Origin: Octopus vulgaris
Taxonomy: Eukaryota
Assembly: GCA_951406725.2 (NCBI GenBank)
Contig: OX597820.1
Span: 8,804,001-8,868,000, forward strand
Direction of reading: 5' to 3'
Length of the DNA stretch: 64,000 nucleotides
Under the pieces are notes generated by a model. It did no database searches. It saw only the letters and a list, made by a program, of their open reading frames with translations, and was not told where the DNA came from. Of the stretch, positions 25,205-37,041 are shown in pieces (within the stretch, counting starts at the first letter, position 1; each line of letters begins with the position of its first letter). The position numbers and the translations under genes are program-made.

Positions 25205-26280
25205 ATGATGATGGTGATGATGGTGATGATGATGATGGTGATGATGGTGGTGATGATGGTGGTGATGGTGATGATGGTGGTGGTGACGGTGGTGATAATG
25301 GTGGTAATGGTGATGATGGTGGTGGTGATGGTGGTGATGATGGTGGTGATGGTGTGATGATGGTGATGATGATGATGACGATGATGATGATATTGATGAT
25401 GATGATGATTATGATGATGATGATGATGACGACGATGATCTATATATTACAGCTATTGTTTTCCATCTTGTCCACAACACAACCTCTTTCACTATGGCCA
25501 CGAAACAGATGAATACTGTCCAGCAGCCTTCCCTACCAAAAGAAGGGAATGGCGGGGGTGATTATTAGATTGGACAACCCCGCCAATAGCCGGATCTTCC
25601 TTACCTCCATCCCAACCATGACTTCTGAAATGAGAAGACATGTAGCCTTCTACGGTAACAAAACCTGCTCCACTCCAGTCTCTACGCTCATACTTCAACC
25701 AGTTGTCTTCTGGCATAAAGCCACCTTTCTCAAGGTTCATAGTCTTGCAAACTGCATGGTAACCTCACTGGTGTTGGTGCCACATAAAAAGCACCAAGTG
25801 CATGCTGCAGAGTGGTTGGCATTAAGAAAGGGCATCCAGCTGTAAAAACTAGTGCCAAAGGAGAGAGGAGTATGATATAGTTCTTGGACATGTTGGATCC
25901 TATCAAACCATCCAACCCATGCCAGAATAGAACAGGTATGCTAAATGGTGATGGTGATGGTGATGATGGTCATGGTGATGGTGATGATGATGATGATGGT
26001 GATGATGGTGATGGTGGTGATGATGGTGATGGTGGTGATGGTGATGATGGTGGTGGTGGTGATGGTGGTGATGGTGGTGATGGTGATGGTGGTGATGGTG
26101 GTGATGGTGATGATGGTGATGGTGATGATGGTGGTGGTGGTGATGATGATGGTGATGGTGGTGATGGTGATGGTGATGATGATGGTGATGGTGGTGATGG
26201 TGATGATGGTGATGGTGGTGGTGGTGGTGGTGATGATGATGATGTTTTTAATGATGATGATGATGATGATGATGATGATC
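25205..26280. repeat. Two (GGT/GAT)n arrays at 25205-25440 and 25945-26280
   Basis: Seen directly; both end in gatgatctatatattacagc. Confidence 0.9.
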
Positions 26281-26329
26281 TATATATTACAGCAGCTATT
26301 TGTCAACACTCCATAAATCAGTAATACAT

Positions 26330-27460
26330 GGGCACCGAAAGGATGCGTGTAGAATGGTCTCCTCACTGTGTCTGAGCCTCAGACAGGACAGACTGGAAGC
26401 ACTACTGTAGCTGTTGAATTTGAACCAAAGCGACAACGATTGCCAACCCTCACAGCCTCCTCGTACATGGCTTGCACAACTCTCACTAACCACTCATCTA
26501 TCCCTAGTTTCTTCATTGACCACCAGATAAGGGATAGGAGGACCCTGTCAAAGGGTTTCTCCATGTCAATGAAAGCCAGGTACAGAGGTTTATCTTTGGC
26601 TAGGTATTTCTCCTGCAGCTGTCTTACCAGAAATATAGCATCAGTGGTGCCTTTCCATGGCACGAACCCAAACTGGATCTCATCTAAACTGACTCTCTCC
26701 CTAATTAGTTGGGCTATGACCCTCTCCGTGACCTTCATTACCTGATCCAACAGCTTGATACCTCTGTAATTATTTGTATCTAGAGCGTCACCTTTACCTT
26801 TGTAGCAGTTGACTATAGTGCTGCTACACCAGTCATTGGGTATGACTCCTTTGTGTATCACCAGGTTAACTATATGGGTGACTAGGCTATAGCTGACACC
26901 GCCAGATATTTTGAGCATCTCTGCAGTAATTCCTGATGGGCCGGGGGCTTTCCCTGTCTTCATACTCTTAATTGCTTTATCTACCAAGGTACTGTCAATT
27001 TGGATAGCTGGTCCCTCTGTTGCGTCCACATTCGGCAGACTCTCTTTATCCCATTCATTTTCTTTATTGAGCAACCTTTCATAGTGACATCTCCAAATCT
27101 CTCTCTTTGCATTTAGTGCAAGTGAACCATCATCCATGCAGACACATTTCTCTTCTACGACATCATGATTCTCTCTCACACACTGTCTTGTAACATGAAA
27201 TACCTCAAGTCTTTGGTTTTCATGGCGCAAAACTTTGGCAATTTTTTTCTTATCTGCTTCCCCTCTGGCTAAATAAACCAGTCTCCTAGCCTCCCTTCTG
27301 GCAATCTGATACAATTCCCTGCTACCACCATTCTTCCAGTCCTTCGAAGCCTGTTTCTTTTTTCTAATAGCCCTGTTAACAACATTGCTCCACCACCACG
27401 TTATTTTGGGTCGAGAGGGGACTTTGCACCATCCACAGATCTGTTCAGTGGCCCTCAAGC
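26330..27460 (-). mobile_element. RTE-clade LINE fragment, N-terminal part of reverse transcriptase, about 350 uninterrupted codons
   Basis: KAPGPSGI, IPNDW, YKGKGD...NYRGIKLL, QFGF, TTDAIF, LAFIDMEKPFDRV motifs. Confidence 0.92.
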
Positions 27461-27706
27461 ATTGAGTGTGTGTATGTGTATGTGCATGCTTCTTACGATC
27501 TCCTTGTCTTGACATCATGTGATAGTTGTAAATTCATTTCCAATGTTCTTCAAAAACATGTCTAGCCAGGGGGAAATATCACCTTGCTTTGAAACAGGTG
27601 TAGATTGTCAACAGGAAGACCATCTGGCCACAGAAAATCTGCCCCAATAAAAATGCTGTCCAACAAGTGGACATTGAAATGATGATGATGATGATGAATA
27701 ACATAC

Positions 27707-27806
27707 CAAATTGAATGATCCAATTCCCATACAGACTCCACTCTCAAAATGAGCTTTATGTTTATCATTGGGACAGTTTCTTTGTTGAAGCATCTTGCTG
27801 CAGTCT
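27707..27806 (-). CDS. TTC39B: TTC39B-like exon 6 (DCSKMLQQRNCPNDKHKAHFESGVCMGIGSFNL)
   Basis: FExGVxxGxGxFNL motif, tacag acceptor, gtatgt donor. Confidence 0.95.
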
Positions 27807-28411
27807 CTGTAAAAGACAAAATCACAAGAAATAGTAGAACCAACAGCTGAAAAGAGGTCTACGAAATAGAATGAACCTATATACATTACTGGTATTAGAT
27901 TTTTAAGTCCCATGGAGATACAAGACAAACATTAGCTTTGGTGAGATTTGAACTTAGAATCAAGAAATCAAATCAGCGAGAAAACACTGTTACTTCTTTA
28001 AAGAGAACACATTAGATTTTTTTTTTGTGGATTGAGAGGCTGGTTTATTAGAAACCCTCTCTGCAATTTTTTTTTTTTTTTTTTTGACCAGGAGGATGTA
28101 GTGAGGTCATAGAGCCTTGCTTCGGATGAGATTGAATAATACTAATTTTGTCCTATTGTAGTCCAAGATGCATTAAAGTCTGAATAAGGACAGTTCTCGT
28201 TTGTCCTAGGAAATTCTTATAAACACCTTTTGTTTGTCTGCTGGAGAGCAGAATATTTGGAGGTGATTCCATAAACTTGGCAATCTACTGAACACTTGTG
28301 CTTTTCATGTTTAATTTATGACAGGATCTGTTCATACTATAGCTGATGTTGTTGTTGTTATTAAAGTGAAGAGTTGGCTGAATCATTAACATGCTGAGCA
28401 AAATGCTTAGC

Positions 28412-28810
28412 AGCAAGCTGGCAGAAACGTTAGCACGTCAGGCGAGATGCTTAGCGGTATTTCGTCTGCCATTACATTCTGAGTTCAAATTCCACCGAGG
28501 TCGACTTTGCCTTTCATTCTTTCGGGGTCGATTAAATAAGTACCAGTTACACAATACACTGGGGTCAATGTAATCGACTTAATCCGTTTGTCTGTCCTTG
28601 TTTGTGCTCTCTGTGTTTAGCCCCTTGTGGGTAATAAAGAAATAGTTATTTTTCTCGTTTACATTCTGAGTTCGAATCCCACTGAGGTCAACTTTGCCTC
28701 TCATCCTTTTGAGGTCAATATAAAAAGTACCATTTGAGCACAAGGGGGTTGGTGTCATCAACTTGACACCACTCCCCAAATTTCAGGCCTTGTGCCTATA
28801 GTAGAAAAGA
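28412..28810 (+). mobile_element. tRNA-derived SINE, family A, plus an older partial copy
   Basis: Forward copy 28412-28645, followed by a diverged body at 28660-28810. Confidence 0.8.
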
Positions 28811-29582
28811 TTATTATTATTGTCTTAGTCGCTGTTGTTTGTATTTTTCTTGTTGATGCTATTGTTCTCATCCTAGAGTCTAGATGACTCTGTGGTTATC
28901 CTTCTTTCTTCTCTCCTCTCCATTTTGTATGAATGTGAACATTGTAGGTTGGTACGAGTGACTGTATCTACCTTAATGGATGTGAAAGGGCATGGCTTTG
29001 ATCTTTCTACCTTTCATTTACACCATCCTGTCACTCTGTATCCTGCCACCCAACTGATGTTGTAGAGAATTTGAACATGAAATGAAAGATGAATAGCGAA
29101 GCTGACCCTAATGGCATTCGAACTCAGAATGCAAAGTGTCAAAACAAATAGAGCCAAGTACTATTCTGACATTTATATACTCATTAACTTAGCAGTATAC
29201 TTTGCATTTTCTGTCAAAACACTGAGAAGGTGAATCAATAAGATTATGTAACTTGCAACAAACACATGTGTAATCCTACCAGTTGGTTTATTGAAACACA
29301 TGTATGTTGCATGTTTTATAAAGTTTAAAATATGAAATGCATTTTATACTTTATAAATACAAACACACACTCACATATATACATACATGTCTAAATGTAT
29401 GCATGTGGTTGTGTGTGTGTGTTTATGCAGCCTAGTGATTGAACCATGGATATCTATATCCAAATTCCCCATGTTCATGAAATACTGTGTAGTTAAAGAC
29501 CAACATCAATAATGTTTATTACAATGGTTAATGATGCTAAATTTATTAAGAAGTGCAGGTTATAAAGAATAAAGATACATAC

Positions 29583-29715
29583 TTGTAAGTTTTATAACAT
29601 TCCCTGATTTTCAGGCCACCTTTCACGAAACTTATCAAGTTCTCGTCTTGGACAAAAGTGAGCATTGCTCGGATTAGGAGGGCTTCGGCGTAACAAAGTT
29701 CAGCATGGCATTCCG
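29583..29715 (-). CDS. TTC39B: TTC39B-like exon 5 (ECHAELCYAEALLIRAMLTFVQDENLISFVKGGLKIRECYKTY)
   Basis: Highly conserved HAExCYAE...DENxxSFxKGGxKIR signature with AG/GT boundaries. Confidence 0.96.
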
Positions 29716-30389
29716 CTGTAATGACAACAACAACAATAACTATTGTACAGGTGGAACTTGTGGTGGTGATGGTGGTGGTAGTGGTGGTGATGGTGATGGT
29801 AGTGGTATGGTTGTGGAGGAGAGATTGATGGTAATGGTGATGGAAGTGGAGGTTGTTGTGAAATATTGAGGTTGCAATGGTGGTGGTGGTGGTTTTGGTG
29901 ACATTGTGACAATATGAATTTACTGTTTCATGTTATAGGAAACAAAAATAAACCAGGAATCGGTTAGTGGTTCTTGGCATGGCAGTATGGTTGAGAAGTT
30001 CATTCTACAATGCTATGGTCCATTGTTCAATCTCACTGAAGGCCATTTCAAACAAATGGCTCTTACCATAGCCTCACACTGACCCAGTGCCTTCATTTCA
30101 TTCATCGTTATTTTAATGTCCATCTTTCCATGCTTGCATGACTTGAATGGAGTTTGTTGAGGCAGATGTTCCTCGACCAGATGTCCTCCATGAGGCCAAC
30201 CCCTTCCTGTTTCCAAGCAAAGTCATCTTTCCCATTGGCTTGGTACAATGTGAAAGGAACAACATCAATTGTATCATGGTGATGCTCATTTACAACCATC
30301 ATCATCATCATCATCAGACTCATTTACAAATATCAAGACAAGACACACACACACACACACACATACACACACACACACACATGTATATA

Positions 30390-30758
30390 TATTTCTTTAT
30401 TGCCCACAAGGGGCTAAACATAGATGGGACAAACAAGGACAGACAAAGGGATTAAGTCGATTACATCGACCCCAGTGTGAAACTAGTACTTTATTTATCG
30501 ACCCCGGAAGGATGAAAGGCAAAGTCGACCTCTGCAGAATTTGAACTCAAAACATAACGACGGACGAAATGCCTATTTCTTTACTACCCACAAGGGGCTA
30601 AACACAGAGGGGACAAACAAGGACAGACAAAGGGATTAAGTCGATTACATCAACCCCAGTGCATAACTGGTACTTAATTTATCGACCCCGGAAGGATGAA
30701 AGGCAAAGTCAACCTCGGCGGAATTTGAACTCTGAACGTAACAACAGATGAAATACCA
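30390..30758 (-). mobile_element. SINE family A, head-to-tail tandem dimer
   Basis: Two ~185-bp units, junction near 30570. Confidence 0.85.
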
Positions 30759-31557
30759 AGGAGGAGGAGGAGGAGGAGGAGGTATTAGCATAGTTGTTTA
30801 GCCCCAGGTCAGCCGTAACGAAGCCCACTTATTGTCAAATGTGTTCCAGCCTTCACTATATGCTTCTTTCATTCATACCCATTATATCAGATGTGCCCTG
30901 TTTAAAAAAAGATGGGTGTGATAAGAGAGATTTGGTTGCTATTTCTAGCAAGTTGAGTAACTACATAGATGCTACGTCGATGGAGAGGAGAAAAGGGTCA
31001 AGGTTGTAGTAGTGGGGGTGGAGGGTGGATCCATATCACTTTTCTAGTGATGTTATTGTAGTAGCAGTAGCAGATATCAAAGAGATGAGAGGGAGAGAGA
31101 GAGAAGGAGAAGGAATAGGACGAAATAAGAGAGGCAGAGGGTTAGAAAAGAATAGTGAAGAAGTGAGAGGAGGAACAGGTGTGGCAGCAGAGGTGGGGGA
31201 GGAGGAGGGGGGAAGGAGGGAGGTAACTGTCTCAGTATTTATTCTCTGCAACAACACAAAAAAAAAAAAACTGTAATTGTTGACCTTTCAAGTATAGTGA
31301 CACAGTTTTGTCTCCCTTAAAATGAAGTAACACTATAATTAAGATAGTTTTCTTTATTTTTATTTGATATTTCATGTCAGGGAAGGCAGAGCAGCACCTG
31401 TGAACTCCATGACCCCTTTCAGGGCCTGAGAGATTGATGGCAGGAAAGGACAATGTTACCTTCACCAGAAAACATGGCCTAAATGCTTGCAATAGAGTTG
31501 ACTTCCCTAACACTTCCACCCCGATGTACAAGGGCCAGGTGACTAACAAATTGAATA

Positions 31558-31792
31558 TACCTATTTCTTTGCTACCCACAAGGGGCTAAACACAGAGGGG
31601 ACAAACAAGGACAGACAAATGGATTAAGTCGATTACATCGACCCCAGTGCATAGCTGGTACTTAATTTATTGACCCCGAAAGGATGAAAGGCAAAGTCGC
31701 CCTTGGCGGAATTTGAACTCAGAACACAGCGGCAGACAAAATACCGCTAAGCATTTCGCCCGGGTGCAAACGTTTCTGCCGGCTTGCTGCCT
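31558..31792 (-). mobile_element. tRNA-derived SINE, family A
   Basis: Matches 42360-42588. Confidence 0.85.
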
Positions 31793-32999
31793 AAATTGAA
31801 CATACCACCCAGCAACTGGGATAGTTCTTCCAGTATGCTTCCACATATACCTCTATAGCTGCCATGTGAACACCCAAACCAGACAGCCATGCCTGCTCCC
31901 TAATACAGATATTAACCCTTTTGATAGTAAATCCTCTGAGACTTCTCCTGGTTCTGTGATACAAACTTTCTGTTTAAATGGGTCTAAATTAAAACCATCC
32001 AACAAAATTTTGTGGTAATTTGTGTCAAATACCAGCTTTGATGATGACAAAGTTATTTTACTAAATTATTATTTTCAAAATGTTTTGAAATAAAGGTAAT
32101 GCATTTCATTCAAAGTAGAGTTGCATGTGAAGCATGGACAGTGGAAATAGGTAATAAATGTATAAATTTAATTTGTAATTGTGAACAATCAGAGACAAAA
32201 TATTCTAATCATACACAAATTCCTAACATACAAGTTGGAAAGTACAGGTGTGTGATGTTACACTCTATAGTTAGGGTTGAGGATGAATAAGAGAACAAGG
32301 TGTGGAAGTCAGTCATCTGTGAAAGAGCTAAGAGGTCTAAATTAAAGCAAGTCAGCTATGCTTAGTGAGACATGTAGTTTAGACTGGATTTAGTAGACCT
32401 AAAAGGAAAAATGTACCTGCAATGACTATGCTGTTCTTCTTTGTTTAGACATAATGTATCTAAGAGTGCATTATACAATGTGTTCCTCCTTGTGGTTAGT
32501 GTTTAGCATCAAGTAGTTACAGGTAACATGTACTAAAACTTGTATATATTACATACTAGATCTTCATCATCATCATCATCATCGTCATTTAACGTCCGCT
32601 TTCCATGCTGGCATGGATTGGACGGTTTGACTGAGGACTGGCAAGCCAGATGGCTACACCAGGCTCCAATCTTGATCTGGCAAAGTTTCTACAGCTGGAT
32701 GCCCTTCCTAATGCCAACCATCTTGTATATACCATTATCTATTTGTGTAAACCTAAGTCTACCCCAGTTCAAAAGTTCTATGTTCAAACAGGTACCATCC
32801 AATCATTTTATTAAGACCTTGTATTTCTAGATTATTCAATGTGTTTTTCTTTGCTTAGATCCAAATCAACTTGTATCTCGCAAACCTACGACCAATTCAA
32901 CTCAACCCATGACTATTCCAACCTACATGGAGTACCTCACATTAGAGTATTCATTTTGTCCATTTTTTAAGACAGAAGGATGTAATTTGAGAGCTGTTC

Positions 33000-33365
33000 A
33001 TCATAATCCTCCAGGCAATAACAGAGGAATTCAAGACAGGTGACCCTTAGAATCTTCTCTATACTGATGACCTTGATCTTAGTGCTGAATCACTGATTTA
33101 GAGAAGAAGTTCCAGGCATGTAAGCAGGTCTAAAATCAAAGGGCCTCGGAGTTAACCTAGCAAAAACCAGAGTCTTAGTAAGTAGGAAGGTAGACAAATT
33201 ACAAACCCTTTCAGGTAGATGGCCCTGCTCAATCTGTAGAAAAGGTGTAGGTAGAGCCTCCATAAGGTGCACCCAGTGTAAGCTTTAGACACATAAAAGG
33301 TGCAGCAATATCAGAGGAAGGTTAACAGGGAAACTAACTTTTGTATGTGGAAGAATGCACAGGTA
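33000..33365 (+). mobile_element. RTE LINE RT fragment
   Basis: LYTDDL-like motif, nucleotide match to 51310-51630. Confidence 0.75.
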
Positions 33366-33488
33366 CAACAAATGCTGGTGGTGGCAGTGATGGTATTGGT
33401 GGTGGTTGTGGAAATGTTAGTCTCAACAAGAGTGATGATTGCAGTTTATTCAAACTCAGTGTTTCAAGATCTATATTCTCTGTGTGGA

Positions 33489-33868
33489 GGCGCAATGGCC
33501 CAGTGGTTAGGGCAGCGGACTTGCGGTCATAGGATCGCGGTTTCGATTCCCAGACCGGGCGTTGTGAGTGTTTATTGAGCGAAAACACCTAAAGCTCCAC
33601 AAGGTTCCGGCAGGGGATGGTGGTGATCCCTGCTGTACTCTTTCACCACAACTTTCTCTCACTTTTACTTCCTGTTTCTGTTGTACCTGTATTTCAAAGG
33701 GCCGGCCTTCTCACTCTCTGTGTCACGCTAAATATCCCCAAGAATTACGTTAAGGGTACACGTGTCTGTGGAGTGCTCAGCCACTTACACGTTAATTTCA
33801 TGAGCAGGCTGTTCCGTTGATTCGGATCAACTGGAACCCTCGTCGTCGTAACCGACGGAGTGCTTCCA
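33489..33868 (+). mobile_element. tRNA-derived SINE, family C
   Basis: tRNA-like head ggcgcaatggcccagtggttagg...ggtttcgattccc. Reverse copy at 8930-9308. Confidence 0.8.
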
Positions 33869-35962
33869 CCATGAACTGTATTCTATTGTAGATCTTACTT
33901 AAGATTTATAGATGGTCATCAGTTGTTTGACGATGAAGTATTTCCTGGTTATGGAAAGGAAAACTAGTTTTTGTTGTTATGAATATGAAATTCCTAGAAA
34001 ATATGACTGATTGTGAGGTCACACATGAGCAGAGACCTTGAAGGTTTTGGTTATCTGATTAGTAAGCAGAAGATGGAAATTGTAGTTGTGATACCAGTGC
34101 TGGTGGCATGTAAAAGAACCATCCAAACGTGGCCGTTGCCAGTGCCACCTTGACTAGCCTCCATGCTGGTAGCACGGAAAAAGCACCAACCGATCGTGGC
34201 CATTGCCAGCCTCGCCGGGCACCTGTGCCAGTGGCATGTAAAAAGCACCCACTACACGCATGGAGTGGTTGGCGTTAGGAAGGGCATCCAGCTGTAGAAA
34301 CACAGCCAGATCAGACTGGGCCTGGCGCAGCCTCCTGGCTTCCCAGACCCCAGTCGAACCGTCCAACCCATGCTAGCATGGAAAGCGGACGTTAAACGAT
34401 GATGATGATGATGATGAAGATTAAAGATTGCTTGATTAATACGTGCAGTGATCAAATCTCTGGGTTGTTGAAAGAAATCAAATTAATACATTGCTATTAG
34501 AGAATGTTTTCAGGGCTGAGGTTTCTATTTATAATTGTCAGATGAACCAACGACAAACCTCAGACTCCTGTTCTGCTTAGTATTAAGAATCACAAAGATC
34601 TATCAACATCAAGGAAATGGCCTTGCCCAATATACAGGAATGAAACAGATAAAAGCTTCAATACTGGTTATTAGGTACAAACAATCAGCAGGTAGCATCT
34701 CTGATGGATTAACATAAATGTCGCATACATTATTGATGACCTGAGTAGACAGGAGCCAAGACAAGGCCTCTACATGGTTGCTAGAACTGTTAGAAATAGC
34801 AGCCAAATCACATCTTAAGAAAGAATAGATAGTGAAGAATGTAAGTAAGGGTAGACCATTCCAGTAAAATAGGACAGAATGGTCACAGAACCAGATGACT
34901 TTGATCATAGGTCAGCTAGGTCAGAGCAAACTTAGGGTTAAATAAGAAGCATAATAGAACAGTATCAGCAGATCTGATCTCACAAACTATCAGCTGGGGT
35001 TCCTAGAACCTATCCACTTGACCCTTACTCTTACAGCTTCATATTTAACCAATGAGGAAGTCTCTACATGACCATTCAATTTATTCAAAATAGCAGTCAA
35101 AGTTCCCTTAAACCACAACCTACCATCTTAGATAAAAGATCTGTTAAGTAATATAGCTCTGGGTTCCTTTATCATCATTTAATGTTTATTTTCCATGCTG
35201 GCATGGATTGCACGTATGACAAAGGTGGGGTGGTCACTTACTTGTACTTGTACTTGTGGCGACATTCACCCTGGGCAGGTTGAGTCAGCTTCTTCTACCA
35301 TGGAAGAGGTTTCGTGGGAATATGTGGATTTCACAAGCGGTCCCCAACAATCCCGCATGTAGAGACATCCTGTTTGCCGCAGATTGTCCGCAGACGCAGG
35401 GGCAGAATGACCAAGAGCCGCCGGTTGCCAAAACAGACACTCCAAGGATTTTCACCAGAGCCCTGTCTGCCGGGTTTTGGCCCTAATACCACTCGGTGTC
35501 AGATCAATCCACCTTGGGTGACCCTACCAGGAACCGAAGTTCCCGACGGCATAGCTCTGACATGGTTGGATTGCACTTGATCAGCTCAATCAGTACTGAC
35601 CAGAGATTAAACAACAAAAACAATCTGCATATTCTATGATGCTTGTGCATTTATTTTGTTTTTTGGTTTTTTCCTGGTTTAGTATGAGAAGGGAGGATAG
35701 TGTTCATGGTCCCTTAAAAGGTCTCTGAGATAATGTCACAGAAAGTTATCTTCAGACTGGAGACTTGCCCTGAAGGATTGAAACCAGGTGGACTTTACTA
35801 AAGACACCCAAAGACCAGGTATGATGGGTGGGGGTAGGGATTAAAACAGTTAAGGGAAGATTAATTCTATGACCCATGGTTACCTTAATCTTCAAGTTCT
35901 AGCAGAGCCAGGGAGTCAAGGACCTAACAGTTATATTTCTGATAATTCAATACATGTTTTAC

Positions 35963-36092
35963 CTTCAGTATAGCTATCGTATTGATCTTTAGTTGAACGG
36001 GCCAAAGAACCTATCAAGTTTCCTTTTCGTCTGGAATTGTTTGACACAATTATTGTTTTCTTGATGGCAGCAATGGCATTTTCAATGTCTGC
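35963..36092 (-). CDS. TTC39B: TTC39B-like exon 4 (ADIENAIAAIKKTIIVSNNSRRKGNLIGSLARSTKDQYDSYTE)
   Basis: ttccag acceptor, gtaaaa donor, 130 nt open, phase 0 to 1 fits both neighbours. Confidence 0.9.
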
Positions 36093-36224
36093 CTGGAAAA
36101 AACAAAATAAACAACATTAATACAAAATAATTGTTTCTATTGCACTTTATTTTTGATTAATATTACATCATCATCGTTTAAACGTCCGTTTTCCGCGCTA
36201 GCACGGGTTGGACGGTTTGACCAG

Positions 36225-36620
36225 GGGGCCAAACATAGAGGGGATAAACAAGGACAGACATAGGTATTAAGTCGATTACATCGAACCCAATGCATAACTG
36301 GTACTTAATTTATCGACCCTGAAAGGATGAAATGCAAAGTCGACCTCGGCGGAATTTGAACTCAGAACATAGCAGCAGACAAAATACCTATTTCTTTATT
36401 ACCCACAAGGGGCTAAATATAGAGGGGACAAACAAGGACAGACATAGGTATTAAGTCGATTACATCGACCCCAGTGCATAACTGGTACTTAATTTATCGA
36501 CCCCGAAAGGATGAAAGGCAAAGTCGACCTCAGCGGAATTTGAACTCACAATGTAACGGCAGACGAAATACCGCTAAGCATTTCGCTCGGCCTGCTAACA
36601 GTTCTGCCAGCTCGCCACCT
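36225..36620 (-). mobile_element. SINE family A, head-to-tail tandem dimer
   Basis: Two units, junction near 36388. Confidence 0.85.
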
Positions 36621-36711
36621 TAACTGATTAATATTACCTACAACTATCACTATAACACCCCATCACTCACATTGTTCCTCTCTCTAACTCTAGACCTACT
36701 ACTACTAGGAG

Positions 36712-37041
36712 CCCCTTTGATCATGAATGACTATGGGTTTGCACCTAGAAAGTTACCCTCTGAGGCATAAGTCTGGGCAAGGTTGTTTGTAGAGGACCAG
36801 CAGTTGCCCATGCATACCAGCCACCCCACTCCCACACCATTGTTATCCAAGGGAAAGGCAAAAGGGGCTGATACAGCTTGGCACCAGTGTCATCACGACT
36901 CATTTTTACAGTTTAGTGAACTGGAGCAATGTGAAATAAAGTGTCTTGCTCAAGAACGCAACATATAGCCCGGTCCAGGAATCAAACTCACTACCTCGTG
37001 ATTGTGAGCCCAACACTCTAACCACTGAACCATATGCCTTC
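36712..37041 (-). mobile_element. tRNA-derived SINE, family E
   Basis: tRNA-like head at 36965-37041. Forward copy at 50712-50990. Confidence 0.7.

Noticed and set aside
25465-25730. Possible L1/Tx1-like LINE fragment on the minus strand (FICFVAIVKEVVLWTRWK)
   Set aside because: Too short and degenerate to assign without a database search.
25884-26324. Gly/Asp-rich 146-aa ORF
   Set aside because: It is a GGT/GAT trinucleotide array on the antisense strand of an intron, with no splice or start support.
33489-33560. tRNA-like sequences (also 9238-9308, 13132-13200, 50712-50773)
   Set aside because: They continue into repeated SINE bodies and lack a convincing acceptor stem, so they are SINE heads and not tRNA genes.
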